From assembly GCA_963713975.1 (NCBI GenBank), contig OY970218.1:2304001-2368000 (forward strand): DNA of 64,000 nucleotides, read 5' to 3'. This DNA comes from an uncultured Chloroflexia bacterium (GTDB lineage Bacteria > Chloroflexota > Limnocylindria > Limnocylindrales > CSP1-4). Shown here piece after piece: positions 39,674 through 48,687 of the stretch. Under the pieces are notes generated by a model that saw only the letters and a list, made by a program, of their open reading frames with translations, did not search any database and was not told the origin of the DNA. A program made the position numbers and the translations under genes. How positions within the stretch are numbered: the stretch's first letter is position 1; the number at the start of each line of letters is the position of its first letter.

Positions 39674-40891
39674 GTGAACATCGCGCAGAGCCTCGAGAAC
39701 CTGCGACTTGAGCAGGATGCGATCGCCCTCTACGACGCGCTGGCCGGCATCGAGAAGGAGCCACGACGCGCCGAGGCCTTCCGCCACATCGCGGACAACG
39801 AGCGGCGCCATGCCGCCATCTGGGCGACGCGACTCCGAGAGCTGGGGGCCACGGTTCCCCCTCCCGCCCCGCCACGGTGGCGCGTCCGGCTGATCATCGT
39901 CGGGGCACGCATGTTCGGGACGCGCGCGGTCTCGGATCTCGTCAAGGCCCTCGAGGGCGACGAGGTGGAGGTCTACGACGCCCAGGAGGCGAACCCCGAG
40001 ATCGAGGCGATCGCTGCCGACGAACGCGAGCATGCCGAGATCTGGAAACGGCTCGATGACGAGCCCAGGGACAAGGGCGCGTCCGGCGGCGCCAGGGGTC
40101 GGGCCCGGCGCCAGACGGCCACCGAGGTGGTCACCAGCTCGGACCACCCCGCCGTCGACGGCGATGCCGGCGGTTCGGAAGCGATTGCGAAGGGCGAGGC
40201 CTGGCACCGGGGAGGCGCCCGCTCCGGAACCCTCCGCGCGATCATCTTCGGGGTCTCCGACGGACTGGTCTCCAACCTCTCGCTGGTCATGGGCGTCGCC
40301 GGTGCCTCCGACCAGGGCAGCCTCATCCTCCTGGCCGGGATTGCCGGCCTGCTCGCGGGCGCGTTCTCCATGGCGGCCGGCGAGTACATCTCGATGCAGA
40401 GCCAGCGGGAGCTGTTCGAGCGCCAGATCGCGCTGGAGCGAGCGGAGCTTGAAGCGATGCCCGAGGAGGAGCAGAGGGAGCTCGCGGCCATCTACGTGGC
40501 CAAGGGCTTCCCGCGCGACGAGGCCGAGCGGATCGCGGCCCGGGTGTTCCGCGACCCGGAGCTTGCGCTCGACACGCTCGTCCGCGAGGAGCTGGGCCTG
40601 GATCCCGATGAGCTGGGGTCGCCCTGGGGCGCGGCGTCCGGATCCTTCCTGGCGTTCGCGGTCGGCGCGATCATCCCGGTGCTCCCGTACCTGGTCGCCA
40701 GCGGCACGACCGCGTTCCTGGCGAGCCTCGGCCTGAGCCTGATCGCCCTGTTCGGCGTCGGCGCCGCGGTCAGCCTGCTGACCGGGCGGAGCATGCTCTA
40801 CAGCGGCTTCCGGCAGATGGGCATCGGCGCTGCGGCCGCCGCCGTGACCTACGCCGTCGGTACGGTGATAGGTGTGGGGGTGGGCGGGTGA
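39674..40891 (+). CDS. Rubrerythrin/ferritin-like + VIT1/CCC1 iron transporter (MbfA-like)
   Basis: ExxH pairs (NERRH, DEREH), followed by IFGVSDGLVS, AGAFSMAAGEYIS and SFLAFAVGA. Confidence 0.9.
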   Translation: MNIAQSLENLRLEQDAIALYDALAGIEKEPRRAEAFRHIADNERRHAAIWATRLRELGATVPPPAPPRWRVRLIIVGARMFGTRAVSDLVKALEGDEVEVYDAQEANPEIEAIAADEREHAEIWKRLDDEPRDKGASGGARGRARRQTATEVVTSSDHPAVDGDAGGSEAIAKGEAWHRGGARSGTLRAIIFGVSDGLVSNLSLVMGVAGASDQGSLILLAGIAGLLAGAFSMAAGEYISMQSQRELFERQIALERAELEAMPEEEQRELAAIYVAKGFPRDEAERIAARVFRDPELALDTLVREELGLDPDELGSPWGAASGSFLAFAVGAIIPVLPYLVASGTTAFLASLGLSLIALFGVGAAVSLLTGRSMLYSGFRQMGIGAAAAAVTYAVGTVIGVGVGG

Positions 40892-41205
40892 TCGACGACG
40901 ACCTCCGTGCCCGCCTGCGCCAGGAAGGGCTGGACGCCGGCGCCTGGTCGAACGGGCCGCTGGACCGGTACTCGCCCCACGGACACGACTACGACAAGGT
41001 GCTGGCGTGCGAGTCGGGCTCGATCCGCTTCGGGCTGCCGGACCGGGGGGTGACCATCGACCTCGAGGCCGGGGACCGCCTCGACCTGCCGGCGGGCACG
41101 CGGCACGATGCCGTCGTTGGACGAGAGGGCGTGACCTGCCTGGAGGCACACCTGCCGGCCGGCAGCCTGGCGCAGTTGCGGCGGCACGCCGCCGGGACCT
41201 GGTAG
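40888..41205 (+). CDS. Cupin domain protein
   Basis: HGHDYDK..GS..F and GDRLDLPAGTRH. Confidence 0.82.
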   Translation: MIDDDLRARLRQEGLDAGAWSNGPLDRYSPHGHDYDKVLACESGSIRFGLPDRGVTIDLEAGDRLDLPAGTRHDAVVGREGVTCLEAHLPAGSLAQLRRHAAGTW

Positions 41206-41227
41206 GCCGGGTCGTTCCGGCCGGCGG

Positions 41228-42178
41228 TCAGGGCAGGCTGCCTACCGCCACCAGCGCATCGGGCGCCAGCTCCAGCTCGTAGGACGGGACGGCGGCCGGC
41301 ACGACCAGCGTCTCCCATGTGTCGATCGCCTCGAGCCACCGGCCGCCATCGGTGCCATCGGTGCCACCTGCGGCCGCCCCGCCCACGAGGGCCGTCACGA
41401 CCTCCGGGCCGTCGCCCGCGGGCCTGCGCACTACCCGGGACGGACCCCTGAGGAGCTCGAGCCGGAACTGCGGCACCTCGAGCACCCCACTCACCAGGAG
41501 GAAGTTGGTGCCGACGGGCACCGCGTGGCGTCCCGGATCGACGGTGCGCAGCGCCTCCGCGACGTGCAGGTCGCGGCCGGTCGGCCGCCCCCAGTCCGAG
41601 ATGCGGAACGTGAGGTCGGACGGCTGCTCGATCTCGTAGACGAAGGTGTCGGCGCCGATCGCGTGCAGGGTGCCCGCCCCCAGGAGCAGGGTGTCCCCGG
41701 GCGTGGCCGGCTCGTGCCGGCAGTGCTCGTGCGAGACGGTGCCATCGGCGATCGCGGCCATCAGCGCCCCATCCTCGAGGTCCTCCCGAGGTCCCGTGAC
41801 CAGCTCCGCGCCCCGTCCCGCATCGATCACCACCCAGGCCTCGACCTTGCCGACGGCGGCCGGTCCGTACAGCTCGCGTGCGAGCACGTCGTCGGGATGC
41901 ACCTGGAGCGACAGCCAGTCGGCTGCGTCGATGAGCTTCACCAGCAGCGGGAACCGGGCGCCGAGGAGCGCCATTCCGCGCCGGCCGACCAGGGTTTCGC
42001 CCATCGCCGCCGCGAGCTCGTCCAGCGTGCTGGGCCCGCCGGCGGTCGGCACGACCGAGGCAGGGCCGGCGAGCCACAGCTCACCGATGTGCGCCTCCGC
42101 GGGCCCAAGCCTCGCGCCGGCCCATGGCCGGACGCTGGGCTCAGGGACCGGTCTCATGGGGCGCAGGGGACTGGGCAT
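41228..42178 (-). CDS. manA: Class I mannose-6-phosphate isomerase
   Basis: GELW, FPLLVKLIDA..LSLQVHP, K.EAW, GTLHAIG and EIEQPSDLTFR. Confidence 0.88.
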   Translation of the reverse strand: MPSPLRPMRPVPEPSVRPWAGARLGPAEAHIGELWLAGPASVVPTAGGPSTLDELAAAMGETLVGRRGMALLGARFPLLVKLIDAADWLSLQVHPDDVLARELYGPAAVGKVEAWVVIDAGRGAELVTGPREDLEDGALMAAIADGTVSHEHCRHEPATPGDTLLLGAGTLHAIGADTFVYEIEQPSDLTFRISDWGRPTGRDLHVAEALRTVDPGRHAVPVGTNFLLVSGVLEVPQFRLELLRGPSRVVRRPAGDGPEVVTALVGGAAAGGTDGTDGGRWLEAIDTWETLVVPAAVPSYELELAPDALVAVGSLP

Positions 42179-42243
42179 GAGCAGGAGGAGCCTCCGGCGT
42201 GCGCTGTGGAAGTGGCATTGTAGGGCGGAGGGTCCGGGGAACG

Positions 42244-42275
42244 ACGAACGCCCCGGCCGGAGCCGGGGCGTTCGT
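42244..42275 (-). terminator. Strong hairpin after the small ORF
   Basis: ACGAACGCCCCGGC-CGGA-GCCGGGGCGTTCGT, a perfect 14-bp stem. Confidence 0.7.
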
Positions 42276-42296
42276 GCAGTAGGCTGTGGAGTACGC

Positions 42297-42431
42297 CTAC
42301 CGGCGACCGAGCGTCGACCAGAGAAGGGGATTGTCCTTCTGGTTGCTCGGGCGTCGAGGCTCCTCGGTGCTCAGCACGATGCTGATGATCGAGAACACCG
42401 CGAGGAGCGCGAACACGGCAACGACGACCAT
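42297..42431 (-). CDS. 44-aa single-TM small protein (not in the ORF track)
   Basis: MVVVAVFALLAVFSIISIVLSTEEPRRPSNQKDNPLLWSTLGRR; GAAGGTG SD and a downstream hairpin. Confidence 0.7.
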   Translation of the reverse strand: MVVVAVFALLAVFSIISIVLSTEEPRRPSNQKDNPLLWSTLGRR

Positions 42432-42583
42432 GTATGCACCTTCGCTAACGGGGCCTGGCCGCGGACCATGGTGGGTCCCGCCGGCCGTTCCGGCGGGGTC
42501 GACACCCCGAAGTACCCTATGCTCCGCATCATACCTAAGAAATCAAGGCGCGACAACCATTCCGCCTAACGAATAGGTACCAG

Positions 42584-43093
42584 GTGAGCAAGAACGTCCG
42601 TCTCAGCGACACCGATGCCCGGGTTCTCGACATTCTCCAGTCCGATGGCCGCCGTTCGTACGCGGACCTCGGCACCGAGCTCGGGATGGCCGGGCCGTCC
42701 GCCCACGAGCGGGTCAAGAAGCTCGAGTCGCGCGGCGTCATCCGCGGCTACTCGGCCGACGTGGATCCCGCGGCCGTGGGCCTGTCCGTCCTCGCCTTCA
42801 CCTGGGTCACCCAGGCGCCCGGCACCGTCGCCCTGGACCTGACGCCGGACTTCGCGGTGGTCCCCGAGATCGAGGAGTGCCACCACATCACCGGTGCCGC
42901 CGACTACATCCTCAAGATCCGCGCGCAGGACATGGATCACCTGGGCGCGATCGTCCGACGGGTGCAGACGACGCCGAACGTCTTCTCGACCGAGACGGAC
43001 GTCGTGTTCAGCACCGGGTTCGAGAACCGCCCGCTGCCGCTCGCGCCAGCGGGTGAGGACGCGGCGGGAACCGGGCGGCGCGGGATCGAGTAG
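42584..43093 (+). CDS. Lrp/AsnC family regulator
   Basis: D..VL..LQ.DGR.SYA.LG..RVKKLE..GVIRGY; ECHHITG.ADY.LK. Confidence 0.93.
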   Translation: MSKNVRLSDTDARVLDILQSDGRRSYADLGTELGMAGPSAHERVKKLESRGVIRGYSADVDPAAVGLSVLAFTWVTQAPGTVALDLTPDFAVVPEIEECHHITGAADYILKIRAQDMDHLGAIVRRVQTTPNVFSTETDVVFSTGFENRPLPLAPAGEDAAGTGRRGIE

Positions 43094-43142
43094 GGGATCG
43101 ACCCGAGGCCCGCACGCGGCAGGCCAGGTGGTGCGTGATCCG

Positions 43143-43475
43143 TCAGGCGTGGTCGCCGGGGTCAGCCTCGAGAGAGTCCGGATCGCCGGTGGCGATGCGA
43201 TCCCGCTCCAGGGCCTTGAGCTCGGCCGGATCGACGAACGTGTCCGGGGGCGGGAACCCGAGGTAGCGGCGGTGCGCCCGGAGGACCTGCTCGGCCCGGT
43301 CCGCGTCAAGCTGCGGATCGTCGATGAGCCTCGCGATCCAGCCGGCCTCCGCGGCGACCTCGGCCTCGCCGATCTCCTCGTCCCGTCGGCGCGAGTCGGC
43401 CAGGATCAGCCACGTGAGGGCGCCGCCGACGACCACGCCGACGATCAGGAGCCACCAGTTGAAATCGGTGCTCAT
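43143..43475 (-). CDS. Hypothetical protein with an N-terminal TM helix
   Basis: WWLLIVGVVVGGALTWLIL followed by an acidic soluble domain. Confidence 0.7.
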   Translation of the reverse strand: MSTDFNWWLLIVGVVVGGALTWLILADSRRRDEEIGEAEVAAEAGWIARLIDDPQLDADRAEQVLRAHRRYLGFPPPDTFVDPAELKALERDRIATGDPDSLEADPGDHA

Positions 43476-43513
43476 CGCCCGGCCCGACCGCGGGTGAGGA
43501 CAGAGGACTGCAT
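43472..43513 (-). CDS. Putative leaderless uORF MQSSVLTRGRAGR
   Basis: TATCCT (43527-43522), 8 nt, then ATG; its stop overlaps the downstream ATG (ATGA). Confidence 0.35.
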   Translation of the reverse strand: MQSSVLTRGRAGR

Positions 43514-43570
43514 CGCGGCCGAGGATAGCCGACCCGGCACGGCCGCGCGACGGGCCCTACACTCCCGTCG

Positions 43571-44593
43571 ATGCCCATCCTGCTGTCGCCCTTCCTGCTG
43601 CCGATCATCGCGCTGATCCAGGTCACTCCCCAGCCGGTGGCGTTCCAGCTGGGACCCATCCCGGTCTACTGGTACGGGCTGTGCTACGCGGCAGGCCTCG
43701 CGGCCACCTACTGGGTGATCACGAGGGAGGCGCGGCGTCGGGGGCTGAACGCGCGTCTCGTGGACAACGGGATCATCATCGTCGGCATCGCCGCGCTGAT
43801 CGGCGGCCGCCTGTATCACGTCATCGACCAGTGGCAGCTCTACCAGGACGACTTTCTCAAGATCGTCACGCCGCCCTACACCGGCCTCGGCGTCTATGGC
43901 GGCATCCTCACCGGCACAGTGGTCGCCTGGCTCCTGATGCGTCACTGGCACCAGTCCTTCTGGCGCTGGGCCGACGTGATCGCCCCCGGCATCTTCGTGA
44001 TGCAGGCCATCGGCCGCTGGGGCAACTTCTTCAACCAGGAGCTCTACGGTCCGCCGACCGACCTGCCGTGGGGCATCACGATCGAGTGCGCGTACCGGGT
44101 GCCCGCCTATCCGTGCACGACCTTCCCGTTCGCCACCACCGGCTTCCAGCCCCTGTTCCTGTATGAGTCCATCAGCGGCCTGCTGGGGGCCGTCACCCTG
44201 CTCTGGCTGGCTCGCCGGTACGGACCCCGGATGCGGCCGGGCGACCTGTTTCTGATCTTCCTCATCTGGTACGCCGCGGTGCGCCTTGGTCTCGAGACGC
44301 TGCGGACGGGCAACTGGACGCTCTTTGGGGTTCCCACGGCGATGCTCGTTTCCGCGGCCGTGATCATCGGAACAATGCTGGTGCTGGTGATCCGCCACCG
44401 TCCGCGGGCTGCGGAGGGCGACCGCTGGGGTGACCCGCCTCCGGCCGGGACCGACGCCGGCGACGAGTCCGGCATCGACGGTGACATCGGCACCGAGGCT
44501 GGCATCGGCACCGAGGCTGGCATCGGCACCGAGACCGCCGATGCGCTCATGGACGGCGAGCGACCCCCGGTCGACAACGGCGATGGGGCCTGA
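43571..44593 (+). CDS. lgt: Prolipoprotein diacylglyceryl transferase
   Basis: YWYG, GGRLYHV, QAIGRWGNFFNQELYG and FLYES; leaderless (TACACT + 7 nt). Confidence 0.93.
   Translation: MPILLSPFLLPIIALIQVTPQPVAFQLGPIPVYWYGLCYAAGLAATYWVITREARRRGLNARLVDNGIIIVGIAALIGGRLYHVIDQWQLYQDDFLKIVTPPYTGLGVYGGILTGTVVAWLLMRHWHQSFWRWADVIAPGIFVMQAIGRWGNFFNQELYGPPTDLPWGITIECAYRVPAYPCTTFPFATTGFQPLFLYESISGLLGAVTLLWLARRYGPRMRPGDLFLIFLIWYAAVRLGLETLRTGNWTLFGVPTAMLVSAAVIIGTMLVLVIRHRPRAAEGDRWGDPPPAGTDAGDESGIDGDIGTEAGIGTEAGIGTETADALMDGERPPVDNGDGA
44485..44533 (+). repeat. 18-bp in-frame tandem repeat (2.7 copies) in the lgt tail
   Basis: CATCGGCACCGAGGCTGG x2 plus a partial copy; encodes IGTEAG repeats. Confidence 0.85.
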
Positions 44594-45572
44594 CCCCAGG
44601 ACCCCCGGCCAGACCGACTCGCCCGAGCCCATGGCCGAGCCAGCAGAATCCGACGCCCCGGCCAACGCGGGCTCCGACCCCGAGCATCACAACGCAGCTG
44701 GCGCCGCGAAACCCCGGCGCCCGCCCTCGCGCCTGACCCCCGACGTCCTCGAGGCCGGACGGCAGGCCGGCGCCCGGGAGGGCCTCGGGTGGCTGGGCCG
44801 CGAACCGGAGTCGCGCGCCTCCTTCCTCTACCGGATCCTGCGGCTCGTCGCGCGCTTCGTCATTTTCGTGGTCTTCCGGTTCCGGATCGAGACGTCCGGC
44901 CGGGAGCTCCTGCCGCATCGTGGGGGGTACCTCCTGATCGGGGCAGCGCACCGCGGCTGGATGGACCCGTTCGTGGTGATGCACGCGATCCCCGCCGAGC
45001 CCCGGGCCTGGTTCCTGGGCAGCGGACCGTCCACCTTCACCTCGAGGTGGCGGGAACGCCTGATCCACCGCCTCGGAGGGCTGCTGCCCGTATGGCGCGG
45101 CGGCCTGGGCGTGGAGGGCCACGTCGCCTCGGCACGGGCCGTGGTGGGCAACGATGGCGTCTTCGTCCAGATGCCGGAGGGGACCGTGAGCGGACCCCCG
45201 GGGCGCCTCGGGCCGTTCCGTCCCGGCGCGGCGCTCATCGCCATCCGGACGGGAGCGCCGATCGTGCCACTGGCGATGACAGGAACGGAGGAGCTGTACA
45301 TCGGGCGCCGGATGGCGTCAAAGGTCCTCGCCCCGACCTCTGCGCGGGCGCTCCTTGGCGACGCCCTGGGTGGTGTGCCGCCTGAGGAGGGGAGCCGCGA
45401 GGAGCTGGAGCTGGCGAAGACGCTCTCGGACCGGCTGGCGGCGCTGCTGGGTCCGGAGGTAGAGGCCATGCACCCGTTGACCATGGACCCGCCGGATCAC
45501 CCGAGACGGCTCCGCAAGCGGCTCACATGGCTGTTCCTGAGGCCGGGCCGGCTCGATCGGGACGAGGCCTGA
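44583..45572 (+). CDS. Lysophospholipid acyltransferase (PlsC family); start uncertain
   Basis: HRGWMD (HX4D), MPEGT, FRPGAA and APIVP. Confidence 0.85.
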   Translation: MGPDPRTPGQTDSPEPMAEPAESDAPANAGSDPEHHNAAGAAKPRRPPSRLTPDVLEAGRQAGAREGLGWLGREPESRASFLYRILRLVARFVIFVVFRFRIETSGRELLPHRGGYLLIGAAHRGWMDPFVVMHAIPAEPRAWFLGSGPSTFTSRWRERLIHRLGGLLPVWRGGLGVEGHVASARAVVGNDGVFVQMPEGTVSGPPGRLGPFRPGAALIAIRTGAPIVPLAMTGTEELYIGRRMASKVLAPTSARALLGDALGGVPPEEGSREELELAKTLSDRLAALLGPEVEAMHPLTMDPPDHPRRLRKRLTWLFLRPGRLDRDEA

Positions 45573-45799
45573 GCCATGCCGCGCGCGCCCGAGCCGGATC
45601 CGCCCAGCCGGCGCGCGGTGCCTGCCTTGGGGCCGAACGGCCTTCGCCCGACCGTTGCCCGACCCGCTACAATTCCCCGCAACTTAATCGCAACCTTGAC
45701 TGCGAAAGCCGACTCTCGGGCCCCATCGCCCGTCATGCGCGGCCGGTCATGCACCCATCGCGGTCACCTGTGTCCGCGCTGCAGCCGAGGTATCCGATC

Positions 45800-47398
45800 A
45801 TGACGTCCACCACCCCCGCTGCCGCCACCGCCATCGGCGGCACTATCGTGGCCAACCTTCCCGTCGCCGAGCTCTATGAGCGCGCCATCCGCGCCGGCGA
45901 GGGCACCATCGCCGCTGAGGGCCCGCTCGTCGTCCGCACGGGTCAGCACACCGGCCGTTCCCCCAAGGACAAGTTCGTGGTCCGCGAGCCCTGGAGCCAG
46001 GACAAGGTCTGGTGGGGCGAGGTCAACCACGAGATCAGCGAGGAGCACTACGACCGGCTCCGCGCCCGCCTCGTGGAGTACGTCGCGGACAAGCAACTCT
46101 ACGCGCAGGACATGTACATCAGCGCGCACGAGTCGCACCGCCGCAGCCTGCGCGTCTACACCGAGACCGCGTGGGCCAGCATCTTCGCCCGCAACCTGTT
46201 CCGGCGCCCGCCGCAGGAGGACCTTGCGTCCTTCGTGCCCAACTTCACGATCATCAACGTGCCCAGCTTCGAGGCGGATCCGGCCACCGAGGGGACCCGG
46301 ACCAGCACCGCGATCCTGCTCCACCTGCAGCGGATGGAGATCATCATCGTCGGCACCATGTACGCGGGCGAGATCAAGAAGTCCGCGTTCACGGTCATGA
46401 ACTACCTCATGCCGGACGAGGGCGTGCTGCCGATGCACTCCTCGATCAACGTGGGCAAGGACGGCGATTCCGTCATCTTCTTCGGGCTCAGCGGCACCGG
46501 CAAGACGACCCTGTCCGCGGACCCGGAGCGCAGCCTCATCGGCGACGACGAGCACGGCTGGGGCGATGGCTACACCTTCAATTTCGAGGGCGGCTGCTAC
46601 GCCAAGACGATCCGCCTGTCCTCGATGTACGAGCCGGACATCTTCGCGACCACCAAGCGCTTCGGGACGATTCTCGAGAACACGGACATGATCCCGGAGA
46701 CGCGTGAGCTCGACCTGGACTCCGAGCGGTTCACCGAGAACACCCGTGCGGCCTACCCGCTCCACTTCATCGGCAACGCCGATGCGACGGGTGTTGCGCC
46801 CGGGCCCGACCACGTCGTGTTCCTGACCGCCGATGCCTTCGGTGTCCTGCCGCCCATCAGCAGGCTCACCCGGGAGCAGGCGGCCTACCACTTCATCAGC
46901 GGCTATACGGCCAAGCTCGCCGGCACCGAGATCGGCGTCAAGGAGCCGACCGCCACGTTCTCGGCCGGTTTCGGGGCCCCGTTCCTGCCGCGTCACCCCG
47001 GCGAGTACGCGCACATGCTGGTGGATCGGCTGGACCAGTTCGACGTCCCGGTCTGGCTCGTCAACACCGGCTGGACCGGGGGCCCGTATGGCACCGGCCA
47101 CCGGATGAACATCGCCCACACCCGGAACATGGTGAGGGCAGCGATCAACGGGGAGCTGGACGGCGTCGAGACGGTGATGGATCCGGTCTTCCGGGTGGCC
47201 GTCCCGGTGACCGTGCCGGGCGTCCCCGACGAGATCCTGGTCCCGCGCAACACCTGGTCGGACAAGGGCGCCTACGACGAGGCAGCCCACCGGATCGCGG
47301 TGATGTTCCACGAGAACTTCGCCAAGTACGCGGATGGCGTGTCCGAGGGCATCCGCAATGCGGGCCCGACCGCCGTGGACCCGTCGGTCGAAGCCTAG
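45800..47398 (+). CDS. pckA: Phosphoenolpyruvate carboxykinase (ATP)
   Basis: TGRSPKDKF, YAGEIKKS, FGLSGTGKTTLS, IGDDEHGW, NFEGGCYAK and NTGWTGG. Confidence 0.97.
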   Translation: MTSTTPAAATAIGGTIVANLPVAELYERAIRAGEGTIAAEGPLVVRTGQHTGRSPKDKFVVREPWSQDKVWWGEVNHEISEEHYDRLRARLVEYVADKQLYAQDMYISAHESHRRSLRVYTETAWASIFARNLFRRPPQEDLASFVPNFTIINVPSFEADPATEGTRTSTAILLHLQRMEIIIVGTMYAGEIKKSAFTVMNYLMPDEGVLPMHSSINVGKDGDSVIFFGLSGTGKTTLSADPERSLIGDDEHGWGDGYTFNFEGGCYAKTIRLSSMYEPDIFATTKRFGTILENTDMIPETRELDLDSERFTENTRAAYPLHFIGNADATGVAPGPDHVVFLTADAFGVLPPISRLTREQAAYHFISGYTAKLAGTEIGVKEPTATFSAGFGAPFLPRHPGEYAHMLVDRLDQFDVPVWLVNTGWTGGPYGTGHRMNIAHTRNMVRAAINGELDGVETVMDPVFRVAVPVTVPGVPDEILVPRNTWSDKGAYDEAAHRIAVMFHENFAKYADGVSEGIRNAGPTAVDPSVEA

Positions 47399-48412
<1,014 letters not shown>

Positions 48413-48429
48413 CGCACCCGGCCACCCGG

Positions 48430-48456
48430 CGCTCCCGACCCGATCCGGGAGCGTTT
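48430..48456 (+). terminator. Intrinsic terminator after mdh
   Basis: CGCTCCCG-N8-CGGGAGCG followed by TTT. Confidence 0.6.
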
Positions 48457-48687
48457 CGTGGTGCGCGAGCGCACCGGGTACGGCGCCCACGCACCGGAAA
48501 CCGCGCAGGCGCCGTACCGTGGGACGAATTTCACATGCTCGCGCCGTCGTGAGTGCGAGTAGGCTGTGCCTCGCGCCGGCGGATGACTGGCCGGCCCCGC
48601 ATGACCCGGATTCGCTTTGCCCGCGGATCCCTGCACGCTGTGGCGCATCGGCGCCCGAGGAGTCCAGGCATCGCCTGGGGGAGGACC

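Noticed and set aside
44485-44533. 18-bp repeat as a regulatory or mobile feature
   Set aside because: In-frame expansion in a disordered acidic tail of Lgt.
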